Assembly: GCA_964525495.1 (NCBI GenBank)
Contig: CAZGHS010000005.1
Span: 12,599 to 76,598, forward strand
DNA from: an uncultured Gammaproteobacteria bacterium
GTDB lineage: Bacteria; Patescibacteriota; Microgenomatia; JALYQM01
DNA length: 64,000 bases
Direction of reading: 5' to 3'
Shown: piece by piece, positions 11,001 to 17,813 of the stretch
Layout: every line of letters begins with the position of its first letter
Position numbering within the stretch: position 1 is the first letter of the stretch
Translations under genes and position numbers: made by a program
Notes under the pieces: generated by a model
Databases searched by the model: none
Seen by the model: only the letters and a program-made list of their open reading frames with translations
Told to the model about the DNA's origin: nothing

Positions 11001-12943
11001 ATATGGATTCGACGGGCGATTTCTCAATTAGAGATGGTACAACAGATATTATGGCATTCACAGATAGTGGTGCTGTAAGTATCACTCCAACATCCGGACA
11101 GAATCTCACCGTAACAGCGGCAGGTGCAGGAACAGTAAATGTTACAACTGCAACAGGATCACAAACATACACATCTTCAGTTGTATCAGGAACAACAACA
11201 ACTTCTGCATTTATATTCGATGCAACTGCAATTACAACAGGTACAGGTATGTACGTAACAACGGATAGTATTACGCAAGGAAATCTAATGGATATTTCAA
11301 CAACGGGCAATACGCTAACATCAGGAAATGTATTAAATCTAAGTTCCACATCAACAGCATTAACCTCAGGAAGACTAGCATCACTTGATTGGTCTCCAGG
11401 ATCAACAACAACTGCTACGGGCGATTTATTCCGTATTAATATCGGCTCAAACGGAAACGCAGCAAATCTATTCAATGTAACAGATAATACGTCGTCATTA
11501 TTCAGTGTGGCAGAAAATGGTATTACTTCAGCTGTACCACACTCATTCACAGCTGCTGGAGATGTTGCTATTGCCTACGACCTACAATTCACCAATCAAA
11601 CAGCATCATACATCAAATCCAATGCACCACTATACATAGAAGCAGGCGAAGCTTTTGAAAGCAACGATATTACAATTCGCTCATTCAATAGTGGTGGAAT
11701 AATTCTTGAAGGATCAGGTAACACATCTGTAAAGGGATCAGATGTAGTCATTTCAAGCGATGGAACATTGGATTCAACAAATATCGGCGGAACAGGTTTA
11801 TTGGCGTACGGAGCAATCTGCGCTGATGATTCTCTCGACAATGCTGACGATTGTATTGATGCTGCACGTTCAGCTGGAACTGTATACGGTATTGCTTCAA
11901 GTTTCGCAATTGACGACGTTGCTGAAAACTTCCCAACGCTTGACTCTTCTATCGAAGCTGCAGATATAGTTGCACTCGACTATCAAGAACCACTAGATAC
12001 TCCAGTAGCAAGCGACGCTGCACAGGCATATGAAACAGAGTTCGTAAAGAAAGCCACTTTATCTGATAATCAAAAGGTACTTGGTGCAATCTCCGGCAAA
12101 CCAGGTGTGTTACTCGGAGGATGGAGTCAAAAGCGTGATCCAAGATCTGTACAAGAAGTAGCCGTAGGTTTATCTGGGCGTATACCGATAAAAGTGACCT
12201 CAGTAAATGGCCCAATTGAGCCAGGAGATTATATTGCGTTGTCAAACACGCCAGGTGTCGGAGCAAAAGCAAATGATAAGGGGTATGTAGTTGGTATGGC
12301 GCTTGGTCGATACGATAACGCCGATTCATCACACATAGGCTCGGTCTTAGTTTTCTTACAAAGAATGTATTACAATCCAATCACATCTGAATTAGCAGGA
12401 GAAAACGAGTTAACTCCTGAGTCATTATCTTCTACAACAATGCCAAACCTCTTAGTTTCAGGAACTGCAGAATTTAGCGACGTAAAAGTAACAGGAGAGA
12501 TATTAGCTGGTAACCTCTCGATCACAGGTCTTGCAGCAGGGGGCGGAGCAGATGTGTCAACTCTAACTGGCCCATTACGAATACAACCAGACGCAGGAAA
12601 CAATGTTGAAATAATGGGCGGCAAAGTAATTATCGATACAGAGGGAAATATCTATGCGGATGAAGGAACCTTAACCGCAAAAACAATTTCCGCCGAAAAG
12701 ATCAATGTATCTGGACAGGGGAGCGATGCCTCCATTGGTTCAGCAACAATTGCAGCATGGCAAACACAAGTTACAATAGATTCATCCGCTGTAACAGAAA
12801 ACTCACAAATATTTGTAACTGCTAAATCCCGTTCACGACAACCACTCGCTGTAACAGCAACGGTTTCAGGTGAATCATTTACAGTTGAGATACCAGAGGA
12901 ACAAGAAGAAGAACTCGTATTCAGCTGGTGGATAATAAACTAA
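2063..12943 (+). CDS. Giant (3626 aa) exported or membrane-anchored tail-fibre-like repeat protein with C-terminal intramolecular-chaperone-like domain
   Basis: N-terminal hydrophobic segment; T/S/G/D/A-rich. Fibre-type motifs NVGIG, GTLPVGNGGTG, DRTITLPD.SGT, QTFSGAKTF. C-terminal DVAENF...VLGAIS..PG...GLSGRIPIKV...I.PGD...G.AL block. Confidence 0.8.
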   Translation: MKMKKLHIGILVTVLVVLIGVPVTVSVGVAGLNKVNKLASSKTAKSTTGLEAVPLNGQVLQAATEATGASVINFNAPAIFNEPTRFNADIDASDNNLTLGEGELTASNVIYSIQGINGITVTGGQNAVISFTGLTGILAGDGIELTTGSTPTLTNTGVTSFQGESGAITLDEGDGIEISGTEISNDDPGTAQDIFKIIAVSGQNDIEADENNDTLTFVAGSNITLTTNDSGDALTISSAASAVSGWEDDGTDVRLSTITDNVGIGTATPGSKLHVVGTTTISSTLTLGGSMVLGSDTVNDLTGDGLAVSGSALTVNLTTSGSAGSTSSNSGLEVSTAGLTMIKGCADGELLKWDNTANLWECATDDGGTTGIINVQEGDVTVSASAGTLDFLGNDFALTESPAGEINVAIDYTNSNITRTNQNETITGTWTFSNVITANGGLTIAGGQSLTLGSDAVTDLTGTGITVSGGSLQTTLGTSVDLASAEVTGTLPVGNGGTGATSYTAGSVVFSNGTILTQDNTNLFWDDTNNRLGIGDNSPNSALTIGASDAFQVNSSGAVAAATGISSSGNLNFTGSGTYTLANIASGASFSGSRIVGVSQTGVLTTVADGSDDQVLTTDGAGVYTWKDIGSILEPTNAFINNGNSFAASATLGTNDTNSLALETDGTTRITILATGNTGIGDASPASLFTVGSGDLFQVNSSGAIAAATGVTSSGTITFTGLGSGSGSTLCIDGSNQVVTCAVSPGDITAVGDITSGAAFDGTQGNTLYFEGTSIDANEIALSGADATVDRTITLPDLSGTVALLENSQTFSGAKTFTAAMTIDGNLAINSSSTTIGDSGSDSLTINATILVGSPLVFEGSTADGNETTLTVTDPTADRTITIPDLTGTVALLENAQTFSGAKTFSAGLIVSASGASITGGIDNNSGGITEAGAISGVTTLSASSTVTLTGLGSGTGSYLCLDGSNNVVTCSGTTGDITAVGDVTSGAAFTQTAGNDGNNIYFEGSSADGNEIALTAADPGSDLTVTLPAITGTLASLAGSQTFTGAKTFNATTTFDGAIAANTDIDLTFAAAENMTLTNSSASTDQLSLSITGVTTDGVDAFAIAYTQADDADSTDTNSAVNIALTSSSGDADALYGLQFADFTSGSATETALRFGTGFDNILEIEGSTADANETFLTFTDPTSDRTVTFPDASGTVCLTSGNCAGVGGVGTITAVGDITSGAAFTQTAGNDGNNIYFEGSSADGNEIALTAADPGSDLTVTLPAITGTLASLAGTQTFTGAKTFNATTTFDGAIAANTDIDLTFAAAENMTLTNTSASSDQLSLSVTGVTTDGVDAFAIAYTQADDADSTDTNSAINIALTSSSGDADVFYGLQFADFTAGTATETAFRIGTGFDNVLEIEGSTADGNETSVAFADPTADRTVTFPDSSGTVCLSSGNCAGGAGGSKWTDSGTLTYLTDSTDSITIGSTSELAKLAVDGDADEIQLLIQGNGTQTSSLLVLETSAGTDQLTVSNAGALGLEGAISDITGATVEINDDLQVTGNDILDSGSTSRVTLGSNTILTNTTTTLSGTTTLTASSLATLTTAATLDMTATTTLNCTDCINFDDLSDSLSLDAGTTIALGTNTLTLNASGTGDVIFQDNGTPVLTFNDSGNTVWSLPAGNNIQIDGATADSTTTTGVVDVDVDSATDNNIGMSIDYQDTNTGASQTKYALRTDITIDTNGTGNDTVYGNYISFTQDDAAATAYGLYVTGEDRNYFSGNVGIGDSSPTAALTVGSGDAFQVNSSGAVAAATGITSSGTITFSGLGTGVVQSNGSGVLSSGALDLAGGASYITGVLPLGNGGTGFSTYTQGDLLYASAANTLSKLAVGGNTTVLTVAGGVPTWATATVAFNNISGGTNTTAAMVVGTGSSLNFTGSGTINASTLLGSTWASPGTIGSTAPNTGAFTSLTTSGNTSLTTGAGNDTTIGNATGTFELVSDALDISTTGALSGATGLSSSGNLTFTGSGTYTLANIASGASFSNNRLVQTTSAGVLSTIPDGSTPNQVLITDSNGNFSWTSAAGVIAPDSLDFTEFSDSMSLDASTSIAFDAAEVLTLNAATVDTTTTGGVLDMNIDAGNAAVIGLNVDFAQSNGATAATDAVAQRLTLSANDADGDMFGLQIVGAATTNAAAGSYEAALSIDNVEDTVASMTDAILITSSGVNNGVTDAIDISAANINNAINAGANFILMDGIRIFEGTTGTITIEDTAGNDLMTIADGGTVGNASITGTLAVLGSTIGLDSDADADNLIGTAAAGGAAASNLYWGNRLLCDATQVNCGWSAVGGNAPWTTTSNVVNLNTATDNVTVGSATNLAKLAVDGDTDEIQLLIQGNGTQTANLVVFETSAGTDQLTLSNAGALAIEGAISDISGTVLEVNDDLKVTGNDIIDSGDVTRISLGATTTLTNSATTLSGTTTLTATSLATFSTAATLDMTSTTTLNCTDCVNFDDMSDSLALDASTSIAFDAAEVLTLDAASTDTTTTGGVLDFNIDAGNAAVLGLNIDFAQSNGATAATDAVAQRLTLSANDADGDMFGLQIIGAATANAAAGSYEAAISIDNAEDTAASMTDAILITSSGVNNGVTDAIDVSAANINNAINVGANFISMDGVRMFEGSTGTLTFEDTSGNDLMTIVDNGTNGNVTITNNLSVTGTITANTDETINGLDINAGAISDATSLAISSAASTAIALTRSSAGQWMSFNDGTDAWGLYNTAGSPEGVLAANTGALSMDTTNGTLYVKTDDGDNTGWVNLATGGSSPWQTTSNVTNQVTSTDDVTVGSAVDLAKLGVDGDSDEIQFLVQGNGTQTAGLLVLETSAGTDQFTVSNAGAVGIEGAISDITGTVVEVNDDLKVTGNDIIDSGDTTRISLGATTTLTNTTTTLSGTTTLTASSLATLTTAATLSMASTTTLNCGDCIDFDDMKDSLSIDAATDINLGANALTIDMDSTGDFSIRDGTTDIMAFTDSGAVSITPTSGQNLTVTAAGAGTVNVTTATGSQTYTSSVVSGTTTTSAFIFDATAITTGTGMYVTTDSITQGNLMDISTTGNTLTSGNVLNLSSTSTALTSGRLASLDWSPGSTTTATGDLFRINIGSNGNAANLFNVTDNTSSLFSVAENGITSAVPHSFTAAGDVAIAYDLQFTNQTASYIKSNAPLYIEAGEAFESNDITIRSFNSGGIILEGSGNTSVKGSDVVISSDGTLDSTNIGGTGLLAYGAICADDSLDNADDCIDAARSAGTVYGIASSFAIDDVAENFPTLDSSIEAADIVALDYQEPLDTPVASDAAQAYETEFVKKATLSDNQKVLGAISGKPGVLLGGWSQKRDPRSVQEVAVGLSGRIPIKVTSVNGPIEPGDYIALSNTPGVGAKANDKGYVVGMALGRYDNADSSHIGSVLVFLQRMYYNPITSELAGENELTPESLSSTTMPNLLVSGTAEFSDVKVTGEILAGNLSITGLAAGGGADVSTLTGPLRIQPDAGNNVEIMGGKVIIDTEGNIYADEGTLTAKTISAEKINVSGQGSDASIGSATIAAWQTQVTIDSSAVTENSQIFVTAKSRSRQPLAVTATVSGESFTVEIPEEQEEELVFSWWIIN
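4990..6400 (+). repeat. Tandem intragenic duplication, 2 x ~236 aa (708-nt offset)
   Basis: ITAVGD.TSGAAFTQTAGNDGNNIYFEGSSADGNEIALTAADPGSDLTVTLPAITG...VCL.SGNCAG occurs twice; cagtcggtga at 5001 and 5709. Confidence 0.95.
6410..10960 (+). repeat. Three dispersed ~170-aa repeats (~6410-6920, ~9050-9560, ~10455-10960) ending in NCxDCxxFDD
   Basis: LAKL.VDGD.DEIQ.L.QGNGTQT...ETSAGTDQ...NDDL.VTGNDI.DSG...TTTLNC.DC..FDD occurs three times. Confidence 0.92.
8290..10100 (+). repeat. Two ~190-aa repeats (~8290-8860 and ~9530-10100; 1242-nt offset)
   Basis: LDASTSIAFDAAEVLTL...FAQSNGATAATDAVAQRLTLSANDADGDMFGLQI...GNDLMTI occurs twice; caacggtgcaacagcagcaacagacgcagt at 8461 and 9703. Confidence 0.95.
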
Positions 12944-12957
12944 ATATTTTAAAGAAT

Positions 12958-15900
12958 ATGTTTAAAAGAATTTTTAATAGAAAAAATAAGCAAACGAAAA
13001 TTTTTGTAACCTCACTTGCACTTGTTCTAATTGCCGGTGTAATCTTCATGATCTGGTATCCAACACGTGCTCGAGCAGCGTGGTTTGATGACAATTATAG
13101 TTACCGCCAACCAACATCTTTTACACACAACGCAGCACTTACCAATCGTCGCGTCACCATAACTATTGATACCGCAACGCTAATTACAAATGGCAAAATG
13201 CAATCAGATTGTGACGACACTCGGTTTACTGATAACAGTGGAAAAGTACTACGCTATCAATTAACAGGAGCCTGCAATAATGCTGCCACTACATATGATG
13301 TTGCTTTTCCAACTATTATCAACGGCTTAAATGCAGCATATATATATTATGGAAACGCCTCTGCTGCATCTGCAAGTGATGCAACTGTCGCTTCACTAAC
13401 AAGCTTGTCTCCAAGCGGGGGTGCAGCAGCACAAGGTTCAGAAGAAAAAGGTGAAACGCCAGTACTCTACTGGTCTCTGAATGATGCAACAGGGACAACA
13501 GTTCAAGATGGCAGTATAAACAATAACGACGGCACTCGTTCAAATGCAACTTGGAAAACACCAGATAACTGTTATGCAAATAGTTGTCTTCAATTTGACG
13601 GTTCTGGCGACAGTGTAAGTAAAACATATTCAAGTGATACTGAGCTCAACCCAGGCACGGGTGATTTTTCTGCAGAACTTTTCTTTAAACATCCAACCGC
13701 TATTAGTGCTAATGAATTTCTAGTTAGTCGATTTAGCGGCTCAGGTTACAAAATATATATGAACTCCAGTGGGAATATCTGTTTTGGAATAGATGATGAT
13801 TCAACCTGGACACCAGATGACGCTGCCTGTACAACAATCACCTACAATGACAATAACTGGCATTTTCTTTCAATTGTGAAGTCGGGTACATCGTCGATCA
13901 CCGTATATATAGACGGCAATCAACAAGCGCAAGATGCATCAATTGCCGCAACCGCCACTATCTCAGGATCCTCTCCAACCATATATCTAGGTATCGATTC
14001 TGACGGCACATCAAACAGTTGGAACGGATTTATCGACGAATTCAAAGTATTCAATTATGCAAAAACAACAGCGCAAATTAAATTGGATCTTGCCGCAAAA
14101 AATTCCTTAAACGGAGTAGCTCAATCTATGGGTGATCCTAATGCAAATAGCTTAACACAAGGACTAGTCGGGTGGTGGAAAACTGATGAAGGTTCAGGTA
14201 CTTCAACGACAGCAGATGCTTCAGGAAATGGTATCACCGGAAACCTCACTGCAATAGATAGTGGCGATTGGGTAGGAGGAAAATATGGTTTTGGACTAGA
14301 TATGGATGGCAGCGCAGAATACATTGACATGAACGACCCTTCAAGTGGAGTACTAGACTTTGTTGATGGAGTAGATTTCACTCTCTCCGCCTGGATATAC
14401 AATGACACGGTAACAACGGAAGATGTAATTATGTGCAAAAAAAACATTCCTACTGATAGTTCTGCGGGATATTGTCTGATGAGATATGCAAATGCGAATG
14501 GCGGTGTTATATGTCTCTATATAGCAGATGGAACAGACACATGGGAGATGTGCTCATCAACAACAGTGACAACTGCAGCTACTTGGAATCATGTTGTCGC
14601 GGTAGTAAACGATAATAGTCCATCCGAGTCAAATATTTATGTAAACGGTTTACCAACTAAAACCACGACATTAGGAACCATGAGTAATGTAGATTCTCTC
14701 GCGATTGGTGAAGATTTTAGGATTGGATCCTACGGATCAGGTAGTGCGGGGCAACCGTTCGATGGAAGAGTAGATGACACAAGAGTCTACAATAGAGCAC
14801 TAACTGCAGGAGAAGTAAGACAATTATATACTACACCACCACCACCTGTCGGTTATTGGAAATTCGACGAAGGCACTGGGACATCCGTAAGTGATTCAAG
14901 CGGTAATGGCGTAACCGCAACTATTGTCGACGGAGGTGGAAATGTCGGTAGATGGACTCCTGGGAAATTTGGTAAAACATATTTTTCAGCAGGAAGAAAT
15001 GGTTCTGCCGATACTATTAGTCTTGCAAGTTCGACCAATGTAGGAACCCAACACACGGTATCCTTTTGGGCCAACTTTGATACGTTCGAAGATGGATCAG
15101 GCAATGGCACCGCAGTTGTTGGAAACGGAACAGATGCAAGTGCTGGGTATGCTTTCTATATTGACAATACCAGTATTTATTCTCGTCCTGCAGCCACAAG
15201 TGCTGTTTCTATTACTAATACATTAAGCACAGACACTTGGTATCACATCGCAGTTGTCAGAGACGGTACAACGGTTAAATTTTATGCCAATGGCATACAA
15301 ATAGGAGCTACTCAGACACTAGGCGAAAATAACAACTATAGCTACGATAATCTTTCAAACTTTGAGGCTGGTACTCAAGCCTTTCCTGTCGAAGGGCAGC
15401 TTGATGAAGTAAAAGTGTATAACTATGCACGCACTCAAGCACAAATCATAGAAGACATGAACGGTGGACATCCGATCGTTGGCACACCGATTGGTGGACC
15501 AGTAGGCCATTGGAGTCTTGACGATGGAAATGGAACAACAGCCCAAGACAAATCTCCAAACAACAACGACTTAACATTATCAACTGCATCATGGACAAAC
15601 GACGGAAAATTAAATAAAGCTTGGAACGGAACAGGTGCACTATGGCTATCCCGAGCTGATGATGCTGATTTTGATTTTATCGCCGGTGCTGATTTCTCCC
15701 TCAGTGCTTGGGTCAGATCTGATAGTGCCAGTAATCCAGCTGCCGCAGAATATATAATCAGTAAAGAAACATCATCAGCCGGATACGCACTTTGGTTCAC
15801 AACCGGCGGGGAAATAGTCTGCGGTATCGACGACGATGCGTCATCCTTCCCCGAAGATTCTGCCGGAGATACCGCTTCAAATACCGACTATTATGACGCA

Positions 15901-17691
15901 ACCTGGCATCATGTCATTTGCGTCCGCAATACTGTCTCCGGAAGGCTTGAACTCTACATAGACGGGAAACTATTCGACGCTGATACCTCACTCTCGGCAA
16001 CAGGTGATTTATCAAACGCAGATTCACTCACAGTCGGCGATCGCAATGCTACCAACGACACAGACGATTTTAATGGAGATATTGACGAAGTCAAAATATA
16101 TCGCGCAGCACTTTCATCAACCGATGTCCTAACCGAATATAGTCAAGGGAAAATTGGGGTGCTAGGAGCAGTATCCACCGCCAGTGATGGTACAACAGCC
16201 AGTTTTGCCTCTGCTCGAGATTATTGTGTCCCTGGTGATACTTCTACCTGCGATGCACCGGTTGGTGAATGGAAATTAGACGAAAATACAAGCACATCAG
16301 CATTAGATACCAGTGGCAATGTCGTAACTGGGACATTCAATGGTAATGCTACTTGGGGTAGAGGAAAGTTTGGATCAGCGGTCAATCTACCAGATGGGAC
16401 GACTGATTTCATTAGTTTAGGAGATAATTTAGACATGGCAGATGGAGATGCCTTCAGCATTTCGTTATGGTTTTACCCTACTGCAGACACGGCACAATCA
16501 GACTTAGTTTCAAAAAAACTCTCAACATCAGCGTCTGATATAGGATACCAAATTACATGGTTTCATACTACATTTGGTGGCAATACCTGTCTCTATGCTT
16601 CTGATGGATCTGGAGCTGGGTCTGATCAATACGAAACATGTACTGCTGACAATACCACAACCACACTTAATACGTGGTATCATCTTGCAGTTGTATACGA
16701 CAACACATCAACTGCGGGGTCTGGGATCTATCTTAATGGTGTGAACGTGGAACATACTCCATATGAAGCATGTACAAACTGTGCTGCTTTGTCTGAAATC
16801 GGAACACTTTCAAACGCAAACACACTTCGAATAGGAGCTAACAGCGGAAGTTCAACAAGCTTTCAGGGTAGAATTGATAATGTCAAAATCTACAGATACG
16901 CGCGCACTCCAGCACAAATTGCTTGGGAATTCAACCAAGGAAAACCTGTAGCACTATATAAAATGGATGAGTGTTCAGGAACCACGATATACAACAGTGT
17001 TGTAAGCGCAACCAACGGATCCTCAGGTATCAATGGCACTTGGTCAGGATCAGGCGGAGGCAATACTGCAGCGGGGAGTTGTACATCTGCAAACTCCGCT
17101 CATGCCTGGTACAACGGAGCAACAGGCAAATACTCAAATAGTTTAGATTTTGATGGAAGCGATGATGTTGTCACGGTAACAAATACATCTCGAATCGATC
17201 TTAACGAAGCCTTAACACAAGGGCTTACTTGGTCCGCTTGGGTAAATCCTGATTCTGACGGAGAGGGGGATGCTGGCAGAATCTTTGATAAAGGTACGAA
17301 TACGTATTGTAGAACAGGCAATGAGTCTGGGGGGCGAGTCGATCTCATATGCAGACTTGATCTTACAACAGATGCCGATTTTACTGTTTCCTCCGCTATC
17401 CCCACTGGGCAGTGGTCACATGTAGCACTCGCCTGGTCAAATGACAGTGATGACGAAGTCACAGTCTGGGTTAATGGTCGAGCCAATACTTCATCTGCGA
17501 CATTTGCCGGCGATCCAGCTACAGACACCAGCAATCTATTTATTGGAAATAACAGTGCCGGGTCTGCAACCTTTGATGGCAGGATCGACGATGCAAGAAT
17601 CTATAGTTACGAGTTAACATCTCAGCAGATAAAAATGGTAATGAATGAGTCATCATCACTGCGGTTCGGACCGCAGACAGGGTCGCCGTAA
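12958..17691 (+). CDS. Exported DUF2341 + six LamG/concanavalin-like (Laminin_G_3) domain protein
   Basis: Signal/TM segment, then W.D.NYSYRQ...KMQSDCDDTRFTD...YIYYGN (DUF2341-like), then six units of G.W..DE...W.H...G.IDE.K.Y. ATG 12958 is preferred over GTG 12928, which overlaps the upstream gene. Confidence 0.88.
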   Translation: MFKRIFNRKNKQTKIFVTSLALVLIAGVIFMIWYPTRARAAWFDDNYSYRQPTSFTHNAALTNRRVTITIDTATLITNGKMQSDCDDTRFTDNSGKVLRYQLTGACNNAATTYDVAFPTIINGLNAAYIYYGNASAASASDATVASLTSLSPSGGAAAQGSEEKGETPVLYWSLNDATGTTVQDGSINNNDGTRSNATWKTPDNCYANSCLQFDGSGDSVSKTYSSDTELNPGTGDFSAELFFKHPTAISANEFLVSRFSGSGYKIYMNSSGNICFGIDDDSTWTPDDAACTTITYNDNNWHFLSIVKSGTSSITVYIDGNQQAQDASIAATATISGSSPTIYLGIDSDGTSNSWNGFIDEFKVFNYAKTTAQIKLDLAAKNSLNGVAQSMGDPNANSLTQGLVGWWKTDEGSGTSTTADASGNGITGNLTAIDSGDWVGGKYGFGLDMDGSAEYIDMNDPSSGVLDFVDGVDFTLSAWIYNDTVTTEDVIMCKKNIPTDSSAGYCLMRYANANGGVICLYIADGTDTWEMCSSTTVTTAATWNHVVAVVNDNSPSESNIYVNGLPTKTTTLGTMSNVDSLAIGEDFRIGSYGSGSAGQPFDGRVDDTRVYNRALTAGEVRQLYTTPPPPVGYWKFDEGTGTSVSDSSGNGVTATIVDGGGNVGRWTPGKFGKTYFSAGRNGSADTISLASSTNVGTQHTVSFWANFDTFEDGSGNGTAVVGNGTDASAGYAFYIDNTSIYSRPAATSAVSITNTLSTDTWYHIAVVRDGTTVKFYANGIQIGATQTLGENNNYSYDNLSNFEAGTQAFPVEGQLDEVKVYNYARTQAQIIEDMNGGHPIVGTPIGGPVGHWSLDDGNGTTAQDKSPNNNDLTLSTASWTNDGKLNKAWNGTGALWLSRADDADFDFIAGADFSLSAWVRSDSASNPAAAEYIISKETSSAGYALWFTTGGEIVCGIDDDASSFPEDSAGDTASNTDYYDATWHHVICVRNTVSGRLELYIDGKLFDADTSLSATGDLSNADSLTVGDRNATNDTDDFNGDIDEVKIYRAALSSTDVLTEYSQGKIGVLGAVSTASDGTTASFASARDYCVPGDTSTCDAPVGEWKLDENTSTSALDTSGNVVTGTFNGNATWGRGKFGSAVNLPDGTTDFISLGDNLDMADGDAFSISLWFYPTADTAQSDLVSKKLSTSASDIGYQITWFHTTFGGNTCLYASDGSGAGSDQYETCTADNTTTTLNTWYHLAVVYDNTSTAGSGIYLNGVNVEHTPYEACTNCAALSEIGTLSNANTLRIGANSGSSTSFQGRIDNVKIYRYARTPAQIAWEFNQGKPVALYKMDECSGTTIYNSVVSATNGSSGINGTWSGSGGGNTAAGSCTSANSAHAWYNGATGKYSNSLDFDGSDDVVTVTNTSRIDLNEALTQGLTWSAWVNPDSDGEGDAGRIFDKGTNTYCRTGNESGGRVDLICRLDLTTDADFTVSSAIPTGQWSHVALAWSNDSDDEVTVWVNGRANTSSATFAGDPATDTSNLFIGNNSAGSATFDGRIDDARIYSYELTSQQIKMVMNESSSLRFGPQTGSP

Positions 17692-17813
17692 TCCATACCA
17701 AATGCAGAAAAACTAGAACACATCACTTCGCTTTAGTTACGAAAAATTCTAACAAAGTTAGAAATAGATATTGACGTAATCGCAGTATTGATATAAAACC
17801 ATAGTAATCATTA

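Noticed and set aside
2026-12624. Many long minus-strand ORFs (up to 305 aa) opposite the giant gene
   Set aside because: Antisense shadows of a biased Thr/Ala/Gly/Asp codon set; Val/Pro/Ser-rich with no motifs, and fully inside a well-supported gene.
2063-12943. Prophage, suggested by tail-fibre-like motifs
   Set aside because: No integrase, terminase, portal, capsid or lysis genes; the protein has a signal/TM segment and housekeeping neighbours.
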